Origin: Patescibacteria group bacterium
GTDB taxonomy: Bacteria; Patescibacteriota; Patescibacteriia; Buchananbacterales; GWA2-38-13
Direction of reading: 5' to 3'
Assembly (NCBI GenBank): GCA_028712155.1
Contig: JAQTQO010000003.1
Span: 2,309 to 66,308, forward strand
DNA length: 64,000 nucleotides
Shown here: piece by piece, positions 27,631-36,206 of the stretch
How positions within the stretch are numbered: the first letter of the stretch is position 1
Layout of the letters: every line of letters begins with the position of its first letter
Program-made: the position numbers and the translations under genes
Notes under the pieces: generated by a model
The model's database searches: none
Told to the model about the DNA's origin: nothing
What the model saw: the letters and a program-made list of their open reading frames with translations, nothing else

Positions 27631-28332
27631 ATGAAACAAGCCACGGCACAAAAAATATTGCAGCAGACCAAGGAAACGTATAACTCGATCGCGAGTGACT
27701 TTAATGCTACGCGGGGATATCTGTGGCCCGGTTTTGATAAGTTTTTGGCGTACGTGCCAAAAAATTCCCAGGTGCTTGATGTCGGCTGCGGTAACGGTCG
27801 GCTGGTGGAATTATTCGCGCACCACGCCGTCACCTATACGGGAATAGATGCGAGCGAGGGGCAGGTAACTTGGGCGAGAAAAAACCATCCGGTCGGCCGC
27901 TTTATGGTGGGCGATACTTTGCAGTTGCCGTTTCCCGACGCGTCATTTGACGCAGTGTTCATGATCGCGGTACTGCATCATATCCCAAGTCGCGCATTGC
28001 GCCAGCGTGCCTTGCAGGAAGTGCGGCGTGTGCTCAAACCGGGTGGTGTGTTCATTATGACCAACTGGGATTACTTCAACCGGACATTTGAAAGAAAAAT
28101 TATCGCTCAATTTACCATCAGAAAAATTTTCGGTAAATCAGAGCTTGATTTTAAGGACATTTTGAAGCCGTGGGCGCATTCCGGTCTAAGCCGTTACTGC
28201 CATTGTTTTACCATGGGCGAAATGCGACGGGCTGTAGCCGCGGTCGGTTTTGCCGTCAAAGAATCTTTCTACACGGCCAAGAGGGGGCGCAACGCCGAGC
28301 GGAATCTCGTGGTCATTGCCAGGAAACGGTAA
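27631..28332 (+). CDS. Class I SAM methyltransferase, Trm9/ALKBH8-like
   Basis: YNSIASDFNATR..W, VLDVGCGNGR, IAVLHHI, RVLKPGG, DILKPW, RYCHCF; start 27622 or 27631. Confidence 0.8.
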   Translation: MKQATAQKILQQTKETYNSIASDFNATRGYLWPGFDKFLAYVPKNSQVLDVGCGNGRLVELFAHHAVTYTGIDASEGQVTWARKNHPVGRFMVGDTLQLPFPDASFDAVFMIAVLHHIPSRALRQRALQEVRRVLKPGGVFIMTNWDYFNRTFERKIIAQFTIRKIFGKSELDFKDILKPWAHSGLSRYCHCFTMGEMRRAVAAVGFAVKESFYTAKRGRNAERNLVVIARKR

Positions 28333-28365
28333 GGCGTCGCGCATTTTACTGTTGCCCCTCCCGCA

Positions 28366-28394
28366 TTGACAGAACCATGTCGGCGTGGTAGCAT
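28366..28394 (+). promoter_or_regulatory. sigma70 promoter with extended -10
   Basis: TTGACA-N17-TAGCAT with TGG before -10. Confidence 0.7.
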
Positions 28395-28480
28395 GTTTTT
28401 TCGTTTGGATGTAATTGTCAGGTCTTTGAATAATCGGCTGGGGCAATTCACTTGCATATGAGGAAAAACTGGAGGTTGAT

Positions 28481-28873
28481 GTGGAGCGAATTCCCATGCA
28501 GACGGTTGTCCGTCACCGGCTATCCGGCCGGGTCGGCGTGACGGTACCCGACCACTTCAATATTTGTATCGCCGAGGAAACCTTCGTGGTTTTCGATGGC
28601 GAGCAGGAAGGACAGGGGACGTTCACCGAGGATCTCGAGGTGGTCGGTCCGGAGCATGCCGTGGCGGATCCCGTCAAGTGCGGTATCGGCACCGGCGGGA
28701 ATGCCTGCATGTTTTTCTCCCGCTCGATGAGCGGCTGCCATTGCGAGCGGTTCGGTCCGGACCGTTTTCGAACCATCGCGAGTGCAGAGCAGTCGCCGAC
28801 ACCGCTGCGGCATCCCGCGCAACTCTACCCGAATTGCCTGCTGCCGCTGCCATCAGCGCCCGCGCAGTCCTGA
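28481..28873 (+). CDS. Hypothetical Cys-containing protein (orphan cassette)
   Basis: SD GGAGGT, GTG start, terminator at 28888-28915. Confidence 0.65.
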   Translation: MERIPMQTVVRHRLSGRVGVTVPDHFNICIAEETFVVFDGEQEGQGTFTEDLEVVGPEHAVADPVKCGIGTGGNACMFFSRSMSGCHCERFGPDRFRTIASAEQSPTPLRHPAQLYPNCLLPLPSAPAQS

Positions 28874-29011
28874 CGCTCCTTTCCGTTTCCGCCCCCTGCC
28901 CGGGCGGATTTTTTTGACAATGCAGTAGCATGCATGATAAGACGAAGTTTACGTTGATAGCTCTTTGTTTACCCGATAGCCGATACGTTAATTGACAATG
29001 GAGAAGGTGGA

Positions 29012-29875
29012 ATGGTAGAGGCCAATGACTTACGACCCATCGTCTGCAAGTTCGACGGTACGGCGACCGCGAACGCCGACCGGTTGCGCCGGGTGCGCGA
29101 CATCGTGAGGTCAGACCCGCTGCGGCGGTTCGTCGTGGTCTCGGCGTTCGGGAAATACACTCACAGCGATCACGACTGCACCAGCTTGCTGATGCTGTGC
29201 GATGCGCACGTCCGGCTCGGCTACCGTTTCGACCCGTTTTTCAAGCCCATTGCCGAACGGTTTCGTACCATCGTTCGTGACTTGCAGCTGGAAGTCGATA
29301 TCCAGCGACTTTTGGATGAAGTCGAGGCCGGCATCATGACGCAGGCCGAAGGTAATAAGTGTTACGCCGCCAGTCGCGGCGAGTACCTCATGGCCGTTGT
29401 TGTGGCCAACTTTTTGGGGTGGCCGTTCATTGATGCCACGGAGGTCATTCGCTTCAGTGCGGACGGTGCGCTCGACAGCGCGGCCACGAACGCGGCAATC
29501 GCGGAACGACTGTCGCAGGTCGAACACGCGGTCCTGCCGGGATTCTACGGCAGCCTGCCGGATGGGCGGCTCAAGACGTTTCCCCGCGGCGGGTCGAACA
29601 TCACCGGTGCGTTGGTGGCCGGCTCCGTGCATGCTGCCCGCTACGAGTGCTGGACCGACGCGGCAGGACTTGTTTGCCCGGCCCCCGGCGCAGAACCGGT
29701 TGGGCGGATGACCTACGCCGCATTCAAAGCTCTGCCGGAGGGCGGGGTGAAGATTTTCCCTGCCGAAGCGCTGGCGGTCGTGCAGGAGACCGGCCTTCTC
29801 CTCAACCTTCGCGACACCGATCGGCCGGAACATCCGGGCACGCTGATCGTGCCCGACCATCGCGCGTTGCAATGA
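29012..29875 (+). CDS. Aspartokinase-like amino-acid-kinase domain, degenerate, no ACT domains
   Basis: VCKFDGT, VVVSAFG, SRGEYL, VLPGFYG, TFPRGGSNITG, WTD, GTLI. Confidence 0.8.
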   Translation: MVEANDLRPIVCKFDGTATANADRLRRVRDIVRSDPLRRFVVVSAFGKYTHSDHDCTSLLMLCDAHVRLGYRFDPFFKPIAERFRTIVRDLQLEVDIQRLLDEVEAGIMTQAEGNKCYAASRGEYLMAVVVANFLGWPFIDATEVIRFSADGALDSAATNAAIAERLSQVEHAVLPGFYGSLPDGRLKTFPRGGSNITGALVAGSVHAARYECWTDAAGLVCPAPGAEPVGRMTYAAFKALPEGGVKIFPAEALAVVQETGLLLNLRDTDRPEHPGTLIVPDHRALQ

Positions 29876-29885
29876 CCTTTCGATA

Positions 29886-29918
29886 CGGCATGCGCATAAA
29901 CGCATGCCGATTTTTTTT
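29886..29918 (+). terminator. Intrinsic terminator
   Basis: CGGCATGCG...CGCATGCCG + T8. Confidence 0.8.
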
Positions 29919-29944
29919 AATAACAAAAAAACGAAGGAAAATTT

Positions 29945-29973
29945 TTGACACTCCACGATTGGTACGGTAGACT
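29945..29973 (+). promoter_or_regulatory. sigma70 promoter
   Basis: TTGACA-N17-TAGACT. Confidence 0.7.
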
Positions 29974-30062
29974 GCCGGTGGCTCGTTCGGTTCGTTGAAA
30001 AAGTGTTACTGTTTTGGACATTTCAAGCCACCAGGAATTCAAGTTACAGGAGGTACGTTGTG

Positions 30063-30611
30063 ATGAATAAGAAAAACAAACGGCGCTGGCTGCCCAAGAC
30101 CGACGATGAGCGGCGGCTGCTGTGCCGGGCGGCGCAGTTCGTGGTGCACGGACGGGAGTGCGGAGTGAAGTCGCTCACGGCAGAGCTCGACATCGCGCCG
30201 GCACTGGCCAGAAATCTCCAGTGGTGGATGGAGGATCACGAGGTGATCGAAGGCTGTCGCAACGGTCCCGGCCGACGGAAAGTGCTGGTACCGGACCTCA
30301 AGGCGCTGGGCAGGCGGTTTCCGCCGTTCGCCAAACTCATCATCGATGACGGCAACCATACGTCGCCATCCCCGTCTCCTTTACCGGCCGCTCGCGCGCC
30401 GGCACCACTGCCCGATGAGGCGGACGTCGGATCGCCCGACAAGGGGTTTGCCGCACCCGGAATTTCGGCGAAGGATCTCGAACGCCTGTCCGGGAAATTA
30501 CGGCAGCTGCTGGCTGCCCAACGCCTGGTGTTGGGCGACACGCCCGGCACAAAAATCATCCAGGAGACGATCGTTTTGTTCCAGAAGCTCGTCGAAGAGC
30601 GTAGCCACTGA
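30063..30611 (+). CDS. Protein with N-terminal FtsK-gamma-like winged helix
   Basis: SD AGGAGGT; LCRAAQFVV..RE.GV..L...LDI....A..L...MEDHEVI......GRRKVLV follows the FtsK-gamma pattern. Confidence 0.65.
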   Translation: MNKKNKRRWLPKTDDERRLLCRAAQFVVHGRECGVKSLTAELDIAPALARNLQWWMEDHEVIEGCRNGPGRRKVLVPDLKALGRRFPPFAKLIIDDGNHTSPSPSPLPAARAPAPLPDEADVGSPDKGFAAPGISAKDLERLSGKLRQLLAAQRLVLGDTPGTKIIQETIVLFQKLVEERSH

Positions 30612-30639
30612 ACCTTGGCAAATACTTCACCGCGTTACT

Positions 30640-30673
30640 CGCGCCGCGACCCATAGTCGTTGGCGCGTTTTTT
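30640..30673 (+). terminator. Intrinsic terminator
   Basis: CGCGCCGCGAC..GTCGTTGGCGCG + T6. Confidence 0.7.
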
Positions 30674-30782
30674 AATGCGCATTGCGCGGCCATGATTGAC
30701 GTCACTTCCGTTCCATGGTAATACGGGAACGCGTTTTTTGAACCTTGTCATTTTGCTCGGTAAACCCGGTAGCGGAGGAGCC

Positions 30783-31997
30783 ATGACCTTCGAACAACCG
30801 TCGAACGCATTGCTCATCGCAACGCGTTGGGATGAGCTTTCGCCTCCTCCGGGGCCAAAACGGAGGACGGAACTTCTTGCAGCCCAGCAGAGGGCGCTGG
30901 GAACCGAAGTTCCCGAGAATGTTTACTGTAAAATGCACGGAGAAGAGATTTCCGTGCGCCGGTGCTTAGCGTCCCAGTTCGACCCCAAGTGCCTGGGCTG
31001 CAGCGCCGTTTCCCATCTCTGCCATCGTTGCTGGTTGCAACCGATTGCGATGGCCGAACTGGAGCTGTGCGCGGAATGCCTGGAGTTCTTCCTGGCGGAA
31101 GAGAAATCCCGCGGCCAGCCGCAGCTGGATGACGAACGGATCGTTTGGTGTCTCGTTGAGAAACGAAAAGTGAAAGTGTTCGGTTGCCGTCGGCGGCAAC
31201 TGCGCAGCGCCAAGTCGTGCTTCGGCTGCGGCCAACCCGCACGCGTATGCGGGTGCAAGGAATTTCCCGTGTGCTATCCCCAGGACGGCTACTGCCGCCG
31301 CTGTGCGGTGAAAACCTACGGCGGCGATGAGTACGCGCCGCTCATTGCACGGGCGCACGCGCCCGGACGGTACCGGGAACTCTGCGGGCTGCATCGGGCA
31401 AGAGTTTCGAGCCGGGCGAACCCTTCTTTGACAAATCCTTTGCCGGTTCCCGCGGCGGATGCGGCAGCCGACGGTCGTTTGACGGGAATCGATGCGTTGG
31501 CATGGGAAGCTGCCATGCGCATGGTTATGGATTTCCAGGAACACGGCAAGGCGAACACGGGACAAATTTGGCTCGCCAAACAAGGGAGAATTCCCATCGC
31601 AGAGGCCCATGCGCTGCAGCTGCGCCTCGAAAAGCTCGGGGTGCTTGGCCCCAGTAGCGGCACCACGCAACCGCGCCGGTTACTGGTGAGGTCGCTTGAA
31701 GAGCTTGAGCGGGTAGTCCGCCCGAAGCTGAAACCGTCGGGTGTTCCCGGCACACCGGCAGTTGCGCCAAGCGATGCCGCATTAGCGCTGCGGCAGATCG
31801 AAGAGCTCCTGGGCGCACGACCGAACGGCACGTTGGCGCCCGGGCAGGTCGGCACTCAGCTGCAAGTCATCTGCCAATACCTCGAGCCGCTCGGCTTTCC
31901 AACGATCGTTGCCGTGCTGCAACGGGCCAGCGACGGCCTGAACGCGTTCGGGCAGATCATCGGCCAGATGGATAGCTGGCTCAAGCGTACCAAGTGA
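30783..31997 (+). CDS. Protein with two 8-Cys repeats and an FtsK-gamma-like winged helix
   Basis: SD GGAGGA; tandem C-x11-C-x8/10-CxxC-x6-Cx(1-2)C-x12-CxxC; LEKLGVLGPSSGTTQPRRLLVRSLEELE. Confidence 0.7.
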   Translation: MTFEQPSNALLIATRWDELSPPPGPKRRTELLAAQQRALGTEVPENVYCKMHGEEISVRRCLASQFDPKCLGCSAVSHLCHRCWLQPIAMAELELCAECLEFFLAEEKSRGQPQLDDERIVWCLVEKRKVKVFGCRRRQLRSAKSCFGCGQPARVCGCKEFPVCYPQDGYCRRCAVKTYGGDEYAPLIARAHAPGRYRELCGLHRARVSSRANPSLTNPLPVPAADAAADGRLTGIDALAWEAAMRMVMDFQEHGKANTGQIWLAKQGRIPIAEAHALQLRLEKLGVLGPSSGTTQPRRLLVRSLEELERVVRPKLKPSGVPGTPAVAPSDAALALRQIEELLGARPNGTLAPGQVGTQLQVICQYLEPLGFPTIVAVLQRASDGLNAFGQIIGQMDSWLKRTK

Positions 31998-32016
31998 CGC
32001 CGCATTTTGAACATTC

Positions 32017-32084
32017 TCTGGCACAGATACCCCTCTGTGCCAGATTTTTTTATAAAAAAAGAGCGGGGACGGTGATCTCCGCTC
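32017..32084. terminator. Back-to-back terminators for the convergent genes
   Basis: TCTGGCACAGA..TCTGTGCCAGA+T7 (+) and GAGCGGAGA..TCCCCGCTC+T7 (-). Confidence 0.8.
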
Positions 32085-32118
32085 AACGTTGAAGGTTCCG
32101 CATGCGTGCGCCGCACCG

Positions 32119-32919
32119 TCACGATTTGAGTTTTTCCTCAATGAATGCTACGAGCGTGCGCAGCTCGGGGCCAAGCGTCTCCCTCCTTCCGCGGGGAAGG
32201 TCTTTCCAGGCGCCATCGAGCGCGTCGTAGAGTTCCTGGACGAGGTTGGTGATGCGCTCGAGCGAAACGGTCTTGGGGCGCTTTGGCTTGTTGGGGCGCT
32301 TGGGCTTCGCCCGGTTCGAGGTTTGCAGGAAGCCTTCCAGGTCGCTGACCGACCACCGGCGGGTGGCGGCCAGTTGGGCCGCCCGTTCCTGCACGACCGA
32401 GTCACCGGTCATGGCGTTAAGCATCTTCCCGTGCCCGAGTCCGATCTCGCCCGAATCGAGCAGGTCCTGGACGCGGGGTGCGAGTTCCAGCAGCGCGAGA
32501 CGTTCGCGCACGTAGATCGGGGACTTGCCGAGACGTTCGGCAACGCGTTCGACGCTGCCTGCGCAGTGGTCATCGCGGAGCCGCTGGATGCCCTCGGCCT
32601 CCTCCATGATGGTGAGGTTTTCGCGCTCGACGTTGTCCGTCAGTGCGAGCGACGCCGCTTCGGCGTCATCAGCAGCCTTGACCGTGGCCGGAATCTTGTC
32701 CCGGCCAAGGTGGACGAACGCTTGCAGGCGACGGGCGCCGGCGATGAGTTCGAAGCGGTTGCCCTTCCTGCGTACGATGACGGGGTTGATCAGCCCCTCG
32801 ATGCGGATGCTCTCCGCGAGCGATCCGATGCCGTCCGCGGCGTTCCGTCGGCGCGGTTGGTACGGGCTGGGGTCGATGTTGGCGATCGGCAGTTCCACGG
32901 AAACCGTGGATGGCGTCAT
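32119..32919 (-). CDS. ParB/Spo0J-family protein, orphan
   Basis: PYQPRR, LAESIRIEGLINPVIVR, IAGARRLQA, DNVERENL, HTH VAERLGKSPIYV; SD GGAGGTGG. Confidence 0.9.
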   Translation of the reverse strand: MTPSTVSVELPIANIDPSPYQPRRRNAADGIGSLAESIRIEGLINPVIVRRKGNRFELIAGARRLQAFVHLGRDKIPATVKAADDAEAASLALTDNVERENLTIMEEAEGIQRLRDDHCAGSVERVAERLGKSPIYVRERLALLELAPRVQDLLDSGEIGLGHGKMLNAMTGDSVVQERAAQLAATRRWSVSDLEGFLQTSNRAKPKRPNKPKRPKTVSLERITNLVQELYDALDGAWKDLPRGRRETLGPELRTLVAFIEEKLKS

Positions 32920-32987
32920 GATCCACCTCCCTTCACGAGCCGTAGGTTGGATTCGCAAATTCCGAAAAGGTCAACGATCTGCCCACC

Positions 32988-33016
32988 AGCCTACTGGTTT
33001 TATGTAAAAAACGCAA
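32988..33016 (-). promoter_or_regulatory. sigma70 promoter for ParB-like gene
   Basis: TTGCGT-N17-TAGGCT on minus strand. Confidence 0.5.
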
Positions 33017-33059
33017 ACGTTTGGTGGCCGATAAATCTTTTTTCCGATATACTAGGACT

Positions 33060-33347
33060 ATGCCGAAGTTATCGTCAATATTTTCCGGCGTCCGTTACGG
33101 GCGGTATGACAAGCTCGTCCATTTTTTTGCCAGCGCCGCTATTGCCGTAATTTTTTTGCCCATCCTGCCGTTACCGCAGGCGGCAGCCCTGAGTTTGAGT
33201 TTCGGTATTGCCAAAGAGCTGTACGATTGGCTGTGGCGTCACGGCAGTTTTGACTGGTACGATATTTGCGCCGACGCTTGCGGGGTGGCGGCGGCAACCG
33301 CCGCGTACGGGGTGATGCTCCCGATCATGCTCCGGTCTGCGGGGTAG
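33060..33347 (+). CDS. Small membrane protein (VanZ-like)
   Basis: DKLVHF, GIAKELYD, FDWYDICADACG. Confidence 0.7.
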   Translation: MPKLSSIFSGVRYGRYDKLVHFFASAAIAVIFLPILPLPQAAALSLSFGIAKELYDWLWRHGSFDWYDICADACGVAAATAAYGVMLPIMLRSAG

Positions 33348-33475
33348 TGTGCCGGCGCCTGGAACATGGTTGCCGGTCACCGCCAGATGTTGACAAACCG
33401 GCCGGGTTTGGCGTAGTATATCGTATGCCGATGTTGGTAATCCAACAGGTTAATTATTAAGGGAACATGCGACCT

Positions 33476-34258
33476 ATGAAATTTATCGAAGGTTTGCCGT
33501 CCAAGACCGCGTTTTGGCTCGGGGCGGTCGGCGGAATGCTCACCGTATTGGCGGTGGGGTTTCTCGTGACGTTACCGATGGTGCTGGCCGGTACCGGCGG
33601 ATCCGGCGGCAACGATACCGTGATTGCCGCTAAAGCGACCCCCAGTCCGGGAAAAGTCGCCGGGGCGGCGAATACGCCCGCGCCGGGTGGACTCCCGGCA
33701 GCCGGCGAAGTAACGCCGGTGACCTCAAGCGATCACGTTCTGGGTGATATCAACAAAGCCAAGGTGTTTTTGATCGAGTATTCGGACATGGAGTGCCCGT
33801 ACTGCCAGCGGTTCCATGCAACGATGCACGAAGCGATGAAAACGTTCGGTACGGATGTCGCGTGGGTCTACCGGCACTTCCCGCTGTCGTTCCACGCCAA
33901 CGCGGAGAAAGAAGCGGAAGCTTCGGAATGTGCGGCGGAGCTGGGCGGTAACCAGGTGTTTTGGAAGTACATCGATGCGATCTACGAACGGACGAAGACC
34001 GGCGGGACCGGATTTGCGCTTGATCAACTTGCCCCGTTGGCCAAGGAGCTTGGATTGAACGAAGCGAAATTCAAAACTTGTCTGGACAGCGGCAAGTACG
34101 CCCAAAAGGTGCAGGACATGATGTCGGGCGGCGAAGCCGGCAGCATTACCGGTACGCCGGGAACGATTTTGCTCACCCGGAGCGGTGAGAGCGGCGTCAT
34201 TTCCGGCGCACAACCGCTTGAACAGCTGAAGGCGTCGGTGAACCAGTACCTCAAGTAG
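33476..34258 (+). CDS. DsbA/BdbD-like thioredoxin-fold oxidoreductase, membrane anchored
   Basis: EYSDMECPYC, YRHFPL, AEASECA, ITGTP, GAQP. Confidence 0.92.
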   Translation: MKFIEGLPSKTAFWLGAVGGMLTVLAVGFLVTLPMVLAGTGGSGGNDTVIAAKATPSPGKVAGAANTPAPGGLPAAGEVTPVTSSDHVLGDINKAKVFLIEYSDMECPYCQRFHATMHEAMKTFGTDVAWVYRHFPLSFHANAEKEAEASECAAELGGNQVFWKYIDAIYERTKTGGTGFALDQLAPLAKELGLNEAKFKTCLDSGKYAQKVQDMMSGGEAGSITGTPGTILLTRSGESGVISGAQPLEQLKASVNQYLK

Positions 34259-34280
34259 GCGCCTTGAACTTGGAATGATC

Positions 34281-34310
34281 ACCCGCCCCGGACTCCGGGG
34301 CGGGTTTTTT
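34281..34310 (+). terminator. Intrinsic terminator
   Basis: ACCCGCCCCGG-ACT-CCGGGGCGGGT + T run. Confidence 0.8.
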
Positions 34311-34376
34311 GTGGTGCGAATATCGTGGTATGCTCTTAGTGGCTATCAAACAGGCGACGGGAATCATGCAATGATT

Positions 34377-36167
34377 ATGGAGAAAAAGGATTCCGGTACT
34401 TCTTCGGTAGGATCGTCCGTTCTCCGAATGCTCTATCGCCACCGGACCGGGCTGGCGCTGATCGCTCTGTTCGCGCTGGCGGCGCTGTTGCGATTTCCCA
34501 ACCTCACACAGCACGATGTGATTGACGACGAAGCTTTGATGGCGTTCCGCAGCATCGGCTGGCTGGATACCTGGTTTGGCAGCATGCAGACGCCGGTGGA
34601 TCTTTTCGACACCGAACAATGGTGGCAGAAGTTTTCGTTCCATGATCATCCGCCGCTGCTGTTTTTTGTCGAGCACCAATTTTTTCAAATGTTTGGGCCG
34701 ACGGTTTTCGCCCTGCGCTTGCCGTTCGCGATCGCCGGCATGGTGTCGGTGTATTTAGCGTATCTGCTCGGACGCGAAATGGCGGGCCGGCGGTTCGGAC
34801 TGCTGACGGCGGCGGTCATCTCGGTGGCGAATTTTGCCGTCTGGCTGTCGCGCGCCGGATTCCAAGAGGGGATTTTGCAGGTGTGGCTGCTGCTGGCGCT
34901 GTGGTTTTTCCTCCGCTCGATAAAAAATCCCACGTATTGCCTGGGGGTCGGTGCGGCGATGGGGTTGGCGCTGCTGACAAAATATTCCTCGATCGTGCTT
35001 GTCCCCGTCATCCTGGGCGGGTATGCGGTACTGAAGCCGTCGGTGCTGCGCTCCGTCTTCGCCGCCGCGGGGGCCGGAATATGTCTGGTGCTGTTTTCGC
35101 CGGTCATCGTTTACAACGCCATGCTGTTTTTCACGCGCGGCCATTTCGACGCGACCTTGTGGGCCATGCTGGGGCAGCAGCATCCGGATTTCTGGAGCGA
35201 TTACCATGCGTATAGCTCGTGGTCGAATTTTTTGAACTGGTGGCACTGGATGCCGGACGGACTGGGGTTGCTGTTACTCGGCTTGGCCGGTTTTGGCGGC
35301 ATAGTTTTTGCTCTGGGTTTATGGCGGCGTCCGTTATCGCCGGTGGCGTTTGCCCCGCCGGCGCGCTGGACGATTTTGAGCCTGGTGTTTTCGGTCGGCA
35401 TTTTCTTGTGCCTGTCGCCGGGACGAAAACAGTACGTGGCGCTTGCCATCGTGCCGGTCGCACTCGTGGCGGCCCTCGCACTTGCGTACCTGAGCCGGTT
35501 ACGGTATGGCACAGTCATCGTTAGCATGCTGCTCCTGGTGCTGGGCGGCATAACGTTCAATACGCAAGTGCTGGCGCGACCGGTGGGAACCGCGGGGTTG
35601 AGTTATTTGCCGCTCCGGCCGACGTCGTATGCGTACCAGAAGCTGGATGCGTATTTGGACAGCGTTTTTGCCGGAAAAGACCCGGCGTACGCCACCACTG
35701 CCGATAAACAGCTGAAAGCGTACCTGCAGCGTCGCGCGAAAGAGCGCTTCGGGGTTGATAATCCGGTGTTTCGTTCCCGCCCGCCGTACGTGATATTCGA
35801 TCCGCGGATGGATTTTGCCGCCGTGCGTTGGACCATGTACCGGCGCGACGTGTATCTTTTACAGCCGGCGATGATGATGGAAAAGCTGACCGAAGTTGCC
35901 CGTTTGCATGGCGTCGCATACATCGAACAAGCGGGTTTCCGGGATTTCCGCATGATTTTTGTTGAGCCCGAACTGCTTCAACGGTACGGAGTGGCCGATA
36001 ATGACCGGTCGCCGGCCTGGTACATGCGCAAGAAGTTGGATGCCATGGGGGAAGCGCCGGAGACGACGATCGCCGATATCAATGGGACGCCGGCGTTCGC
36101 GGTGTACCGCGTCAGTCAGGTGAGTCCGCTGCTGGGCCCCTGGGATAAAGCAAAAAACGCCGAGTAG
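34377..36167 (+). CDS. GT-C glycosyltransferase (ArnT/PMT_2 family)
   Basis: DDEA, DHPPL, ALRLPF, LALLTKY and many TM helices. Confidence 0.85.
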   Translation: MEKKDSGTSSVGSSVLRMLYRHRTGLALIALFALAALLRFPNLTQHDVIDDEALMAFRSIGWLDTWFGSMQTPVDLFDTEQWWQKFSFHDHPPLLFFVEHQFFQMFGPTVFALRLPFAIAGMVSVYLAYLLGREMAGRRFGLLTAAVISVANFAVWLSRAGFQEGILQVWLLLALWFFLRSIKNPTYCLGVGAAMGLALLTKYSSIVLVPVILGGYAVLKPSVLRSVFAAAGAGICLVLFSPVIVYNAMLFFTRGHFDATLWAMLGQQHPDFWSDYHAYSSWSNFLNWWHWMPDGLGLLLLGLAGFGGIVFALGLWRRPLSPVAFAPPARWTILSLVFSVGIFLCLSPGRKQYVALAIVPVALVAALALAYLSRLRYGTVIVSMLLLVLGGITFNTQVLARPVGTAGLSYLPLRPTSYAYQKLDAYLDSVFAGKDPAYATTADKQLKAYLQRRAKERFGVDNPVFRSRPPYVIFDPRMDFAAVRWTMYRRDVYLLQPAMMMEKLTEVARLHGVAYIEQAGFRDFRMIFVEPELLQRYGVADNDRSPAWYMRKKLDAMGEAPETTIADINGTPAFAVYRVSQVSPLLGPWDKAKNAE

Positions 36168-36206
36168 CAGCGGCGTGGTTCCGATGGGGGCTGGGTTAAT
36201 GGGTGA

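Noticed and set aside
28340-33060. Prophage, plasmid or ICE explanation of the island; parS or KOPS clusters
   Set aside because: No integrase, replication or structural genes, no flanking direct repeats, no TGTTTCACGTGAAACA-like site seen; GGGNAGGG occurs sparsely on both strands
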